Assembly (NCBI GenBank): GCA_964016885.1
Contig: OZ024741.1
Location: forward strand, 173,476,001 to 173,540,000
Reading direction: 5' to 3'
Length of the DNA stretch: 64,000 nucleotides
From: Eledone cirrhosa
Taxonomy: Eukaryota
Numbering within the stretch: position 1 is the stretch's first letter; each line of letters starts with the position of its first letter. Shown piece after piece: positions 63,708 through 64,000 of the stretch. The position numbers and the translations under genes were made by a program. Under the pieces are notes generated by a model that was not told the origin of the DNA, made no database searches, and saw only the letters and a list, made by a program, of their open reading frames with translations.

Positions 63708-63745
63708 TATATATATATATATACATATATATATACATATATATA
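63460..63745. repeat. Compound (TA)n/(CA)n microsatellite
   Basis: Directly visible; similar tracts at 18540, 18780, 19630, 27780-27890, 29055-29175. Confidence 0.95.
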
Positions 63746-64000
63746 TCATCATCATCCTCGTTTAACATCTATCTTCCCCCCAACCCATATTGTAAAGTGG
63801 TAGTGTAGGTGTCACAAAAAGTATCCTGTACACACTGTAAATGTGGTTGGCATAAGGAAAGGCATCCAGCCATAGAAACCAAGCCAGAGTCAGTTCTGTA
63901 TGAGAAAAACATGATCTGACTTATCTGACTGATCTGACTGATCTGACTTATCTCAACGGGACAACTCGTCTAATCCATCCATGTTAGCATGGAAAAATGG

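Noticed and set aside
63303-63808. YIYI-rich ORFs here and at 15000, 18400-19000, 27730, 29926
   Set aside because: Translations of (TA)n microsatellites

Overview
Eukaryotic (animal) genomic DNA, AT-rich and full of microsatellites. The SINE/RTE repeat content and style look like a cephalopod (Octopus-like); this is inference. One host gene is recognisable on the + strand: a SECIS-binding-protein family gene (SBP2/SECISBP2L-like). Ten exons from 36661 to 62385 join in frame with GT-AG boundaries, and a probable first exon with promoter lies near 27500-27692. The L7Ae domain must lie beyond the window end. The rest is mostly transposon-derived: many RTE LINE copies (one near full length with a single nonsense codon), CR1, L1/Tx1, R4/Dong, CRE and Penelope fragments, tRNA-derived SINEs, piggyBac-type MITEs and tandem arrays. 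Two observations stand out. First, 14.8-25.5 kb holds a dense cluster of short, often fold-back elements carrying minimal type I hammerhead ribozyme motifs, often followed by AATAAA; at least two appear structurally intact. Second, a uORF ending in tandem UGA codons overlaps the putative AUG of the selenocysteine-machinery gene. No CRISPR array, rRNA or genuine tRNA gene was seen. All coordinates were read by eye and repeat boundaries are approximate.
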